From positions 496,001-555,069 of the forward strand of contig NW_026856668.1 in the NCBI RefSeq assembly GCF_026571515.1: a DNA stretch of 59,069 nucleotides, given 5' to 3'. Position numbers and translations under genes: made by a program. The notes under the pieces are model-generated. The model did not search any database, was not told the origin of the DNA, and saw only the letters and a list, made by a program, of their open reading frames with translations. The stretch comes from Ruditapes philippinarum. Lineage: Eukaryota. Below, one piece after another: positions 35,401 to 48,039 of the stretch (position 1 is the first letter of the stretch; each line of letters opens with the position of its first letter).

Positions 35401-38400
35401 GAAATAAAATTGCGATCATATTTGCGCATGATTGTTTTGGTGGGATGCTTAGGATTTTTTTGGATGTCTCTTAAGACAATGCAATGGGTGGAAAAGACCA
35501 CCAACCTTAGAAACTTTATAACCTACTGCATGGTTTGCGTGAATGAATGATTTGAAGAAAATGAATGATTTGAAGAAAATGTTTGATTCAATAGCAAATA
35601 TGTTTTGTAACTTTAAAGTTAGATTGTGAGACAAGTTGATGATTTTGCCTATTTGTAGATTATTCGTATAAAAATAATTCTGTTTTTATTTGATAACCGA
35701 TGAGCAGACGATAAAATATTGGAATTTCTGGCGGTATTGAAGCTCAACACCAGATCTTTGTGCGACAATGTGACTAAATATTACAATGTTTAATGTGTAC
35801 GGACAGATGCAATGGAATAAAATCGTAGATCTAAGCAGATAAAAGTAACAATTTTACAACTCACTTATTACAGAATTCGGTTTGACAGCAACCGGAACAG
35901 GAAGTTGCGCTTCTTTTACCTACTGGTATCATATAGTTACCTCTGTCACACTGAAATGCAAAAAGTTAAGCGTACCAGCAAATATAAAACACTCCAAATC
36001 ATTGACATATAATTGTTTACAACGCTTGCAATGTAATATCTAACATACAGAACAGTTTTTATAAGACAAATAAAGGCTTTTCGTACGTAAAACCCTAAAC
36101 TAGTCTAGACAGTGCATGTGATTGTAAGAATCATAAAGCTGCATATTCACTTTTATTTTACCATTGTCATTTATATTATGAAATAGAATGCATATGAATA
36201 TGCATTAGTCGTTTTCAGGAGGCGTGTCGTACCGATCTTTCACCGTCACTTAATGAGAAATCACGAGTCGTTAAAAACGAAGACGAAATACTTCTTCCTG
36301 TATTGCTTCGTATTTTGGAACTTAAAAGCAGTTTCATGTTTTTGTGTCATGAGAAAATCTAAAAGAGACATTGAGAGCTGCAGTTAGTACATTGTAAATG
36401 TGAGAAAGTTTGTCTCCATATTGACTGACCGACTGACCGACAGGTGTTATACATCTTGAAAGCACTGTTTATAAATGTACAAAACTTCAACTTTGTTCAA
36501 CAGTACTGGTGGCTAGATAGGGTGCATTTATTTGACCCAAACATCAACTGAAGTAAAAATGAAGCCAGTGAGGAGGATAAATTTGTCAACTTAGAAACAA
36601 GCTATATCGAAAAGTTTACTTACCTTTTTACAGCCAGTTTTATATAACTTGTCACCTCCGATACCGACTATATCTTCAATGGAACAATGCTAAAACAAAA
36701 GTATACGTTATGAAGTTTTTTTAATGATTTATCTATTGATATATTTCACACCTTTTAAAATTTAACCTATGAACTTCCAGCGTTTGCAACATGCAATCAT
36801 CAGTTAATGCAATTTGACCAGTTAAACCTCGTTTTCATTTTAACAGTCCAAAATTATACATCAAATCACTTTTGTACTCCAGCTAGCCTCGTTTTTATTT
36901 TCCGAGTCCAAACATCCTTATCCTAGCTCTGTCTAGCATCATTTTCATTTTCAAAGTCAAAAAAATTATATAAATTCTTATAAAAATCCTTATTGTACTC
37001 GAAGTAACAAAATTCTGTCAAAGAATTGATGGTGTGAAATAAAGATGTCATTCTAAATTGCTGAGTACAACACTGATTCTGATTTCTCGTTTAGGGCACG
37101 CATTTTGTTTTACTTGTGGACCATACGCCCTTTCTTTTCAAGGAATGTCACGAAAGTGTCACATTAAAATGTCCGTGATAACCACCCTATAAACACATTT
37201 TCACAATTTTTCATGTTACTTGGTGACTATATGCCGCTTTTCATGGAATGTCACGAAAGTGTCAAATTGAAGGTTCCATGATAACCGCCGTGTGTACACA
37301 TCTGGGGATGTTTCTAAATTCCACATTCCATATGACTGCTTAAGCCTGTGCTAGAGGGACTTGGTGGGTTACTTGCAGTTTCCAGTATACTGTCTATGGA
37401 CATCCTCAATATACCATCATGGATGAATTACATAATGTGTTATTACAATGCTATGATAAAGTTTTATAATATTTTACCTCATCTTGTCCGCAAACTACCA
37501 CAGTTTCGCAATCACCTGGCAACGCAGTTCCTTTTTGACAGTTAAAACATAGAGGCCCGCGTGCACTAGGATATGGTTTGTGAGCTGAAATACGCAAACA
37601 TAGCATTTATCAATTGTATTACTAGTATTTTGGAACTGAACAAAATGTCTTCATAAAATCACATCATCTAAAATTGCCAAAAATAATGAAGACATCAGTG
37701 TACCTATAAAGCGCCACTGTCTTTAAAGGAGCTCCACTGAGGTCATACACCCATGTAACATAAAGTTTGAAATTCTTATATAGATCAAGTGAAAAACTTG
37801 AAATACCAAAAAATCGACAAAAGATGATAAAAAAAAATATTCGGAATGAAATTGAATATCGATTTCTGTGCGATTCTTAGCCCGATATGAGCGAAAAGTG
37901 CTACAAAGCTTTTCATTTCTGAGCCATTTTTCACAATAAAATGATTATTCTGGAGTGAGGGAATGATCTGAAAATGTGCAGACAAATTATTGATTCCGAC
38001 AGGGTCTTTCAAATAGAATCTGAAAGACCCTGATTCGACTCAATAATCTTGGAAAAAATATAACCAGTTCTTTCATGTCAAAAATCCTTAGTAGAGTCCT
38101 TTTAAAAACGTACGAAAAGTTTCAGATAAAAAATCGCACATGTATCAATTGATGAACATGTTTTTTTTTCAAATGTGCTCACAGCAATGGACAAGAAAAT
38201 AAAAGAAAAATATACTTTGTACAAATGATTATCTATTCTATGTTCAAAATGCACGACACATTAGTATTTTAATCTTCATAGATTCATAGTCATATAATAA
38301 CCCATGTAAATAAGCGCTGTTCGTCAAGATGTGTCTCATCTTCTACCCAACTGTGATGGGTTTAAGCCTTGTCGCGGCCATGTCTCCTCATGTAAAGTCA

Positions 38401-40809
38401 AGTCAGTTTGGTTCTAAAAGCGTTCTTGAAAGTGATTTATAATATGTGAAAGATTAAATGTAAAGGACCGTTTAAAGAAATAGAACTTAAATAATAAAAC
38501 TTAAAGAAATAATTTGAAAACCTCTTACGTTCCGAATTACATCCGTGTGTGTTACAATAATCACCATGGCAACATTGTAAGCACGTGATTATGTCATTTG
38601 ATTCGTCATCAGATATTAATAGGGAATCACTGATCACATGTCTCTTTTTATGTACCCAATTGATACACCTCTGTAACAAATATTTTTAAAATACTCAATT
38701 ATTTATGTTATTCACTCACCTTTACCCTATACTTAGTATATGAAAAATATACCAAAATACCATTTGTATTACAAAATGCCTCTAGCATCATGCAGAGGGC
38801 CAACGTCTCAAAAACCAGTCCTGTCTAACAGTTAACTTTTAATCGTGCATACAGAGCAATATGTTTACATAATTCATAAACAAAGTTAAAATGGGGTAAT
38901 AAATCATAACACCATTGCATAGTAATATATAGTTCACTCTCAAATAAGATAAAAAAAATGGGTAAATGTACAAAAGTACTCGTAGAATAATAAAAAACTT
39001 GTATTGCTTTTTTAAAATGTCATTTTAGCGCTATAAGTACGTTTTAAAAATGTCATGTTAGCATTATAAGCAGAGTTCATTTCATGATCAAACATGATTA
39101 TGAACATGTATTATAGATTCTAAATTACAGAGACACGGGAGCGAATATGATGGCATTATATCTTTTTACCACACACACTTATTTAAGTGAAATACAAGGC
39201 ACATTATCCCTCAGGAATGAATAAATTTGTTCTTCTATTTACATAAAAAACACTTAAATAATGTTTTTTGGGCATGTTTGATGCTTATGACTTGAAGAAA
39301 GTAGCACTGGAAAAGAATTATTTTGTAGCATTAGTAGCAAATTGTAAACAAAGAAGTATTTTGACTTCCATACAAAATACAATATCACTATAATTGTACT
39401 AATTGCCAAAAAACAACAAAAGCTAAAGATGGTTCAAGTTATTGGGAAATGAGTATTCTTTTTTGAAACGACACCAAAAATATAAAGCTTTTGAGAAATG
39501 AAAATTAAGCCATTCCCTAGTAATATAAGGCCTTTAAACAAACAAACATCGGGAAAACATGTTATCTTAAAACTTGTGTTTGCGTCAAATAAAGCAAAAT
39601 TCTAAACTTACCACCCTGTCCAAGCAGCCTGTGTTGTAGAATACGTGACCACTGTGAGATACGATTTGTTTTGTGTAACACACCTGCAATTTGATATTTC
39701 ATTTGTTCTGATTAAATAGTTTGATTGATATTGTAACTGTATATTACTGTCGGTGAATCACTCCCATTGTTATAGATATAAAACGGAGATCTCCACAAGT
39801 ATGTGTCAACTACTACCATGCGTAATACATTCAAAATTTCACCTAGAATGTTAATATTTATACAATTATTTAAACTAGATATATTTTTCTGAAAGTTTAT
39901 TTTATTTTATCTATTTGGAGAAGTGCCGATTGCAATTTCACCAGAAAACAGTTGCCCCCCCCCCCCCCCCTTAATCAAAACCGATCAAAACAACTATCAA
40001 AATGATGTCGTTCAATACAATAGCTGCTGCAATTCTTAGACTATTCTTAGTGCTTGATAGTAAAAAAAAATGCTTGATATAGTTATCTCCTCATGTTTAC
40101 AGGTTGGGGTGATGATGGTGAACAAGTGTGCAAAGTTTCAAAGCCATATGTCAATGGACTTTGAAAATATTTGAGGTATTACAAAAACTTTAACATAAAT
40201 TCTAAATCGAAAAAGGGGCATAATTCTGTCAAAATGCTTGATACAGTTATCTCCTCCTGTCTACAGGTTGGGGTCATGATGGTGAACAAGTGTGCAAGGT
40301 TTCAAAGCCATATGTCAATGGACTTTGAAAATATTTGGGGTATTACAAAAACTTAACATAAGTAGTTACGCCGACGCGGACGCAGACGCCGACGCAGACG
40401 CCGACGCTCGGGTTACTACAATAGCTCTACTTATTTTTATCGAATAGTCGAGCTAAAAATGAAGTTGTACCTCGTGATCCCCACATTGAGTCACGTGATC
40501 ACAGTCACGTGGGAATGGTAGTCGCGTGCAATCAAAACATTTTGAACCAGCATCTGTAAACATAAATAGATACACTGGTTTTTGGTATACATAACAATAA
40601 TTACTATAATAAGTAATTCAGTAGAAAAAGACATATGTAACAAAATATAGGTAATTTTTCAATATGATTTATTATTCATGCTAATTCTGAATCAGATTTA
40701 TAAGAAATCTATATATTGCGAGATAATTATCATGTTGCTAACAGTACGAACCTGTGTGTACTAAAAATGATACTATGAAAATAAAGATGGACCAGTTGAT
40801 GTCTTCCAT
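29436..40809 (-). CDS. Multi-exon gene for a secreted protein: signal peptide, two Ly6/uPAR-like domains, Thr-rich linker, two C-type lectin domains (534 aa)
   Basis: Thirteen phase-consistent exons: 40809-40752 (MEDINWSIFIFIVSFLVHT), 40553-40471, 39683-39612, 38670-38529, 37584-37478, 36689-36624, 35950-35865, 35372-35248, 34198-34010, 33798-33675 (YWVGASD..EG.W.W...GEPND), 33112-32985, 31451-31260 and 29668-29436 (YWVGG...GEPS...LND...FICQ). They sum to 1605 nt, and AATAAA follows the stop immediately. A non-coding first exon probably ends at the donor near 41641. Confidence 0.88.
30826..31160. mobile_element. TTAA-type MITE family B copy 2 (3' end unclear)
   Basis: TTAA|AGGAACATTTTACCTCAGAAA start. 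Shares GACTTCCATACAAAAT and AACAGGACACAAAAATAAA with 8725-9032. Confidence 0.65.
31637..32311. repeat. 33-bp minisatellite, about 20 copies
   Basis: Unit GTAATATCGTTACAATATCGAGGTATTGATGTA. CAATATC recurs at 31641, 31674, 31707 and onward. Confidence 0.92.
32559..32735. mobile_element. Tc1/mariner (pogo/Tigger-like) MITE, TA TSD
   Basis: TA|CAGTCAAACCTGTG ... CACAGATTTGATTG|TA. Confidence 0.75.
32790..32950 (+). mobile_element. Degenerate tRNA-derived SINE
   Basis: B-box-like GGTTCAAACCC at ~32801. The 3' body is homologous to 19433-19565. Confidence 0.65.
33484..33640 (-). mobile_element. SINE 3' fragment with (AAAC)n tail
   Basis: TTTGTTTGTTTGATTGGGTTTAAC tail on the plus strand, followed by a GC-richer body. 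Confidence 0.5.
37727..38101. mobile_element. TTAA-type MITE, family A copy 2
   Basis: TTAA|AGGAGCTCCACTGAGG ... CCTTAGTAGAGTCCTT|TTAA. The TIR resembles that of the 7988 element. Confidence 0.65.
39197..39533. mobile_element. TTAA-type MITE family B copy 3
   Basis: AGGCACATTATCCCTCAG start, internal GACTTCCATACAAAAT...TGTACTAATTGCCAAAA shared with 8725-9032, end GGCCT|TTAA. Confidence 0.7.
40070..40459 (-). mobile_element. Truncated HINE-type element (5' end plus two ~165-bp repeats)
   Basis: The minus strand starts TTTTTAGCTCGACTATTCG with an (GCGTCG)n-like microsatellite. Two near-identical units TGCTTGATA.AGTTATCTCCTC...GGACTTTGAAAATATTTG follow. Confidence 0.75.
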
Positions 40810-43027
40810 TACTCAATCTATTCTTCTCAGATCTTGTTCAACACCTGAAATCGTAAACATGTAACAATGTATAGTTTTAAGAATGGAACTCGCGTCGATT
40901 ACAATACAAATGTATAGTTATTTTTGTTTTAACATGTTCATACAAATAATATATACAGTCAAACTGTTCATAAAAACCAACGAAAAGTTAACAATTAAAA
41001 GAAACAGGCGTGGAGCAATAAACGTCTTCGAGAGTCGCATATCATATATGAATTAACACGATTCTACATCCTTAAAAATGAAATAGCACGTGCACGTGTA
41101 AACCTTCTTTTCAAAAAATCCTTTGAACATAGGAAAACTACTCTTGTATCATTATAAAGAGAAAGGTCCGCTGCTTACGTTTTAGTGTCACCATTAAATT
41201 TGACCACCATAGGAAGCCGTTTCAGAGTACATTTTTGGGGTAGCAATAACATTTCTAAACATTTGGGTAAATAAAGGAATATTGGTGAAATAGGAGTTCA
41301 GTTACGATAGATACATAATCTTCCACTCAATGTCATTCTATATTAAAATGATGATTTATTGATAAATAATCATAGATATTGCAATTTGTTTCTTACCAAA
41401 AAAGGTCAAAATTCAAAAGAACTGGTTACAGCGAATTTATTTTGACGGCTATACCGAGTATTCAGTGGTTATGAATCAATTATCTGTTGCTGTTACAATA
41501 AATTGCAGTACTTGGTTCACTATGAAAATATTATTTCTCTTTTTCCATTTACCGACGCGGAAGGAATAACGTAGAATCTATGTCCGATGTTGAACTAGGT
41601 TTAACAATAACTAAACTTAATTTTAAAAGAACAAAACTTACACTTGTACTTCCTGATGATATCAATATTTAAAGATTGTCACTTAATTGTTCATACAGTT
41701 TTAAATAAAAGAACCATGGCACTACATATCACTCAAAAACGTCTACACTGTACAACGTTTGAAGCGTTACGCTATCATAAACAGTGTTCAATGTACGTGA
41801 ATATAACGTGAGAAACTGTCTTCCGTACAAATTCTGTCATTATGCTTCCAGGTGAGAAGTACAGTAATTATTTTACCGAAAATCGAATTTTCAGAACGAG
41901 AAGCAAAAATGAATTTGTGCATGTACTAACCATTAAAGAATTTCCCTTCAATATATGAATTCGAAATATCAAACTCTTGAAACGTCAAACAGTTTGCTCA
42001 GCCTGACGACGGTTTAAGTTTTCTACAGTACTTTTTTTGTAAAAGCTTGTACGAAAGAAAACTTAAACGTCCCAGCCTTCAGCCGTCAGAAAGCTTCAAA
42101 TACAATACAAACACCTCTTTAAAATAGAATGTGTAGTAACATTTCCAAATATGATAACTGGTAATAGGCGAAGCCTTACAAATATTGAGCTGTACGAGTT
42201 TGTTATCAAAAATATCTCAGAATTAAGATAATTTTGTTATAGTGAAATTTTATATACACCTAGCGAATTTCATTGGCTGAATGTAGATCATGTTTAAAGA
42301 AACTTAGATACCATACCGTTACTCTAGTGCAATAACTAATTATCTACTATTGAATTTAGGACTTATTCCGTTACTGCCCTAGGGTGACGATACTTCATAT
42401 ATGGATAATAAACATTTTTCAGCACCAGTGAACGAATTCAGACCTACCAACATTGTCATATTTTCATTTTTAGCTCATCTGCTAACCTTATAGGTACTGG
42501 TAGCGTTATAAATGTTTTACAGTATTCACACTTTGCCCTATTTTACTTATCTTATGAAGGAGTTCATTTTTCAACTGTTGGCAATCTCTAAAATAAGCCG
42601 GGGAAAAACACGTTTAATTCCATGAGTACCGCCTGTTTATTATTGCTTTACTTAGTCCTGTTTTACTTACGGAAACACAATCAAGTACGTTTATATCATT
42701 ATCCTCTTTCGTTGTCACAAATAAACGTACTTAAAATTATTGAAATACCAAAGGTGATTTAGTGGTACATCCGAGTTCATATTTCTAATTTCAGTTCATA
42801 TGGAGTTTTTAATGTCGGTTCATTTACTGTCAGTATATATCCAAACGTTATAGGGTTATATTTCAGCATATAACATGTAGAAGCCAGGATATATAAAATA
42901 TGGAACAGAATTACTGCATTTATTCCATCTTGCTTAGTGATAACATAGCTTATGACATCGGAAACCTTTATTTTGCTGAACTACATTATGGTTAATGGTA
43001 ACTGAATGTGATGTCAATGTAACTTCA

Positions 43028-43201
43028 TTTGAGCCGCGTCATGACAAAACCAACATAATGGCTTTGCGACCAGCATGGATCCAGACCAGCCTGCGCATCC
43101 GTGCAATCTGATCAGGATCCATGCTGTTCGCTATCAGTTTTTCTACATGTAATAGAGTTGGTAAGCGAACATCATGGATCCTGATCAGACTGCGCGGATG
43201 C
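43028..43201. mobile_element. Palindromic MITE, copy 3 (right arm truncated)
   Basis: Same left arm as the 21949 and 26142 copies, ending at CTGCGCGGATGC. Confidence 0.85.
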
Positions 43202-44277
43202 AGAGTAGACGAAAATGAGTTACGGCTGCTCCGGCTGTCTGGCTAACTTCACGAACATATCTATTTAATCAAGGATAAATTCTATAGAAACGAACACAAT
43301 GGTAAAGTTAATGTAAACTTGGGGGTAATGAAAATGAAAATTTTACATACATGTAGAGGCAGGATACCAGAGTATTCCTGACGGACACACCAATACCCGT
43401 GGACACCCGGTCAGACCCCCTAACCATCCCACCATATCGGGTTCTGCGGAATGGAGGCTGGGCCTCACAGGGGCCAGCCGGAATTTGCCTGATATGAGCT
43501 GAAATGACCATCTATATCATTTAACGATTTAGTACACTTAAAAATACAAAGATTTGGATAAAATGCAAGCGACAATCTCTTAACCCTGGTTATGCAATTC
43601 ATTTTGGTCTGCCCTTGCATTCGACGTAACATTGGTCAATTACAAGACGTTTTTAAGTGGATCTCGCTCCTCTTACCTCTAACGTTGAATTTAGTTCAAT
43701 GAGTGCAAGCATATGTGCACTACAGTCAACGTGACATTGATAAGTCTGAACATGTTGACCCAAATGTTGCCAGTTTATTTGCTAATGTTGAAAGGTTATA
43801 CAATCTCAAAGTTGACACTATACATTCAAATACAGCATTCAGTGTACAATTTTTTTACCTGCTTGTATGTATTTATAGTTTTGCTTTTGAACTGAGAATA
43901 AATAATCTGGTCAGGTCAACAAGAAACATGTATTCGAAAAACACTCTAGTGACGGACGGACTAGGCTATGGTCGTGGTAAATTCCCTGCATTACCGTCAC
44001 CTTGTCTAGCACAGATCTACATGAACAATGAAGGTAAACAAATAAAGGCTCTCTTTTTGTCTAGACTTGTTAATTAAGAATCAAATCTTGGAAACAGAAA
44101 AACAATATTTTATTTATAAGACCAATGCATGGAATAGGAGACTCGACAAACATATACTTTAAATTCTTATATAACGTATACTCAACTATAACCTTGTTTG
44201 AGAAGGAAAATTAATTGTCACATGATATATTCTACCCTGTTAAAGGAAAGGAAATAAACAATGCAGCAAATATTAGT

Positions 44278-44508
44278 ACCTGTATCAAAGTTACCCACGA
44301 TAAATAAATAGCAAATGTATCAGAGTAAATCATGATGAATAAATTACAAATGTATTGAAGTTAAGCATAATAAATAATTGACAAGTGTATCTTAGTTAGT
44401 CATGATAAATAAACAACAAATGTACTATAGTTAATCATGATAACAAATGTATTATTGTTAATCATGATAACAAATGTATCATAGTTAATAATGATAAACA
44501 AATAACAA
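44278..44508. repeat. Degenerate 35/27-bp minisatellite
   Basis: About 7 units resembling AAATGTATCATAGTTAATCATGATAAATAAACAAC. Confidence 0.7.
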
Positions 44509-44901
44509 CTGCTGTAAACATTTTATCTAATTGATATTGTGTAACTGGCATGCAGTTATTAGAATCATACAGTATTGAGGAATCATAACATCTTAAACAA
44601 ATAAGTACTTTTTTAATGTTTGCTACTAAAACAGACTAGTATCATATCAAAAACAAGAAAAGCATTGATGCAAAGCATCAAAGGGCGTCCAAGCAAGAAA
44701 TGCAGCAAGTGAAGATGAACTAGTACACATATGATGACAAGATATTCTTATTAACTACCAGAAATGTATATCACTTATGAATGAGCGGACGACAGACATT
44801 GTTCATTATGAACTTTGATTGGCATGCTAGAGATTAGAATATTACTTGTTATTTCTTTATGATCGTGGTTATTAATAGCAACGGATATACATGTATGCAA
44901 T

Positions 44902-45931
44902 TGTAACAGGATGGATAATTCGAGTGTCTTGATACATTTTTGGTTGTTTGAGTTGTTTCCCTTGGTTTCCCGCAATTTTGATCATGTGACTAGTTTTGTC
45001 TTTGTTGAAGCGGCTTTGTGAAAATTAAGATCAGACATTTTCTTAGTGTTTTAAATTTATTTAAAATTTGGATTATTGATAGTTGGTATTTATGATTTTG
45101 AGTTGTATTTGGTTATTATCAGTGTTTTAAAGAGTGTATGTCATAGATTTGTTTTTAATTAAGTAATGATTGTGGTCTTAATTGAAATATCATTAGTTTT
45201 CGTGGTTTGAGAATTGTTTCAGAAAAAGCAGTAAATCTATCTTTCTATTAACTTAATATCACATTTCATTCCCATCACTTTGCACATTTTGTTTATTATA
45301 ATTTGCAGAAATTCCAGCACAGAGAGTTTGGAAGTATGTGTGTTTTGAAGAAGATGATGTTATATGATATAATTGTACATTCAGTTCCACAAACTGGTAA
45401 GTTTGGATATTCTCTATGATTGTTATGTATTTTATGATTATTTCATTAAATGAACTATTTATGTTAATGACAGCCAATAGAAAGCATATAACTATATTAT
45501 ATGTTAATGTACCTATGTGTAATGTGTTGCAAATATCTATTTGTAATTGATCAACTAAGTAAGGATGTTTTTATAATTGATAAATATGCTTTTCAGATAT
45601 AGGAACTGGATTTTACTTTATTTTTATGTTGATATAATTTGTTTACTTTCAGAGTGTCGATTGATTTGATCGATTCGATTGAATGAGATTTATTGACGAT
45701 TCATTGACGATTCATTTAGTTTGTCGATCATTGATTGGTTTACTGATGTTTGGATATATATGTAAGATTGATATACATGTATGTGAACTGGAAGATAAAT
45801 AAATACATTAGAACTGTGCACAGTTATTTGTTTGGAAAGACATCTTTGATCCATATTTAGACGCCGCAGCGATATAAGAATAGAACCCAATTTCTTGGTT
45901 ATTACAACCTTTCAATTTCAACCAAGTTACA
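44902..45931 (+). repeat. 5' LTR (1030 bp)
   Basis: TGTAACAGGATGG...CCAAGTTACA, with AATAAA at 45798. Confidence 0.96.
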
Positions 45932-45933
45932 AA

Positions 45934-45948
45934 TGGCGCCCAACGGGG
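45934..45948 (+). promoter_or_regulatory. Primer binding site, tRNA-Lys(CUU) type
   Basis: TGGCGCCCAACG lies 2 nt after the LTR and matches the first 12 nt of the Lys1,2 PBS TGGCGCCCAACGTGGGGC. Confidence 0.88.
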
Positions 45949-48039
45949 GACGGCGTCAACAGATCAAGATCGGTGACGTAGAAATATTTAGCAGATGAGC
46001 AAGGAAGTTCCTGGAACTGATGTCAACCGACTTATTGGGAAGACGGGCTATTATTCACAAAGTTAACAAGGACGGACCAATTTCACCCAAGAATCAACCA
46101 TCTAGACAGACGTATGGAGTAAAGATGAACATTTAGAACTGTAAATTGTGCAGATATCATTTTATGTGTGATATATGAACAAATGTGACATTAGGACTTT
46201 ATCTATTTATTATTACAAGTGAATGTTGGTACAGTGTTCTATTGGCTGCAAAGTTGTTCAACAGATTGTAAGTAGGAATATTTGATATGTGATTATTCAA
46301 TTAATTGCAGTTGACCGATTAACAAAAATATATATAAATTTAGAAATAACAGAGTATAAAGTATTTGTTTGTGTTATTTAATATTGATTCTTTTGCAACT
46401 GCAGTTTTTTGAGTAATATGTGTGATTGATAAATTGTAAGTCTGAAAGATTTCACCTTTGCATGATTAATTAAATAACAGGTGAAGGCTCCCAATTCAGT
46501 ATCAGTAATGTACCTTTTCTAACTGTCAATCAATCTAATTCCTTCTAATTAAATCTATTTCTTTTATACTGCTGATTGTGAAACAATTCTCTCCTAAATT
46601 CATTAAAAATTAGAGTGTAAACAAATCATTGATCAATACACTTCTTGACCTTTTGATTTAGTGTACAATTTGATAATGTAAGTATTTCCCCTTTGATTGA
46701 TTCATCAAATTTCAGGTTTGCTGGAAAATTCTGTTGTTTGGATTTATTTTAAGGTATCATACACCTGTGTGTAATTATTCCTGAAGGTTCTACTTAGGAT
46801 TGTTTAGTAAACAAAGCTACAGATTTATCAGCTGTTGTGGATTGGAATTTCATTTGTATGCAAATTAGTTGACCTGTATTTCAGGGATTCCCATTTTTCA
46901 TTGGTTTATTGATTGTGATGTAGAAGTCATGTGATTTTTTTGCTGCATTTTCATTGGATATTGTATTTACAGCAGTGATGTCAGTGTCACATGGTCATTT
47001 TACTATACAACTATTGATAAATGTGTATTGATGAATTTGACTTGGCCTATATAGAGTTAAATTGGTATACTTGAGTAAACAAAGTGTTATCAATTGCAAT
47101 TGTGTGTTATTGATTGCATAATTAATATATTAAAGGTACTTTAATTAAAAGAAAACATATATATAATAAACAATTAAAGATTGACCTATAAAAAAAAAAA
47201 AAAAAAAATGATGTAAATTATTGAAATATAAACTTTCAATAATTTATTAGCCATATGTGTGTTGTGATTTCTTACAAACTAGTAAGAAATTAACTTTTAA
47301 ATTAATATATTTGTTTCTTTATTTAAAGAAATAATTATAGTAATTTTGTCAAAGTGATTTTTTTGCAATTGTTTGATTATTATCAAGTAATTGTTTAAAA
47401 CACTTAGAAAACAAAACAAACAACAAAACATGTACATGTATAAAAAAAAATTTTTTTGTCTTTTAAGTTACTGATAAAATAAATCAGAAACTTAATTAAT
47501 ATTTTATTATCAAAACCGAATTCACTGTTATCGCGTCGCATAATATTGTACAATATCGGTATTTTGATCGTGAAATTTAAAATAATAGAAGGTTACATTA
47601 TTATATTGAAAAGGCCTAAAGAAATTTGTTTGATTAATATTGCAAAGTGAAATTAATTGATTGCAAGTGGTTGAATTGTGAAAAAGGGTTTTCAACAATT
47701 TGGAAGGAATATTGTATTAATTGAAAGGAAAAATACTATAATTGTGTTGTGATTTGTGATTCATAAAATATAAAAAAGACACTTATTTGAACATTGGGTG
47801 CGTTTATATTTTGATGAAATAAGATCATCAGCAGAGGAGCAAATATTACGATGTGATTGAACGGAAAAGTACACGTTGAACATAATTACCTAACTAAGTG
47901 TGACTATTTGAGTAAAAACTTAGTTTGAGTGGGATTTATTTATTTGAATTACAGATTCATTATATTGGAGAGTTCATCAATCAACTTAAGTGAAGTTGAG
48001 TGAAATTGGGATACGTCCGGAGTGCACTTACTTGAGTGA

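Noticed and set aside
43440-43490. HDV-like ribozyme suggested by CCCAGCCTCC on the minus strand
   Set aside because: The P3 partner and nested pseudoknot pairings could not be built.
43703-44077. 124-aa ORF
   Set aside because: Non-ATG start, no recognisable motif and no convincing splice sites.
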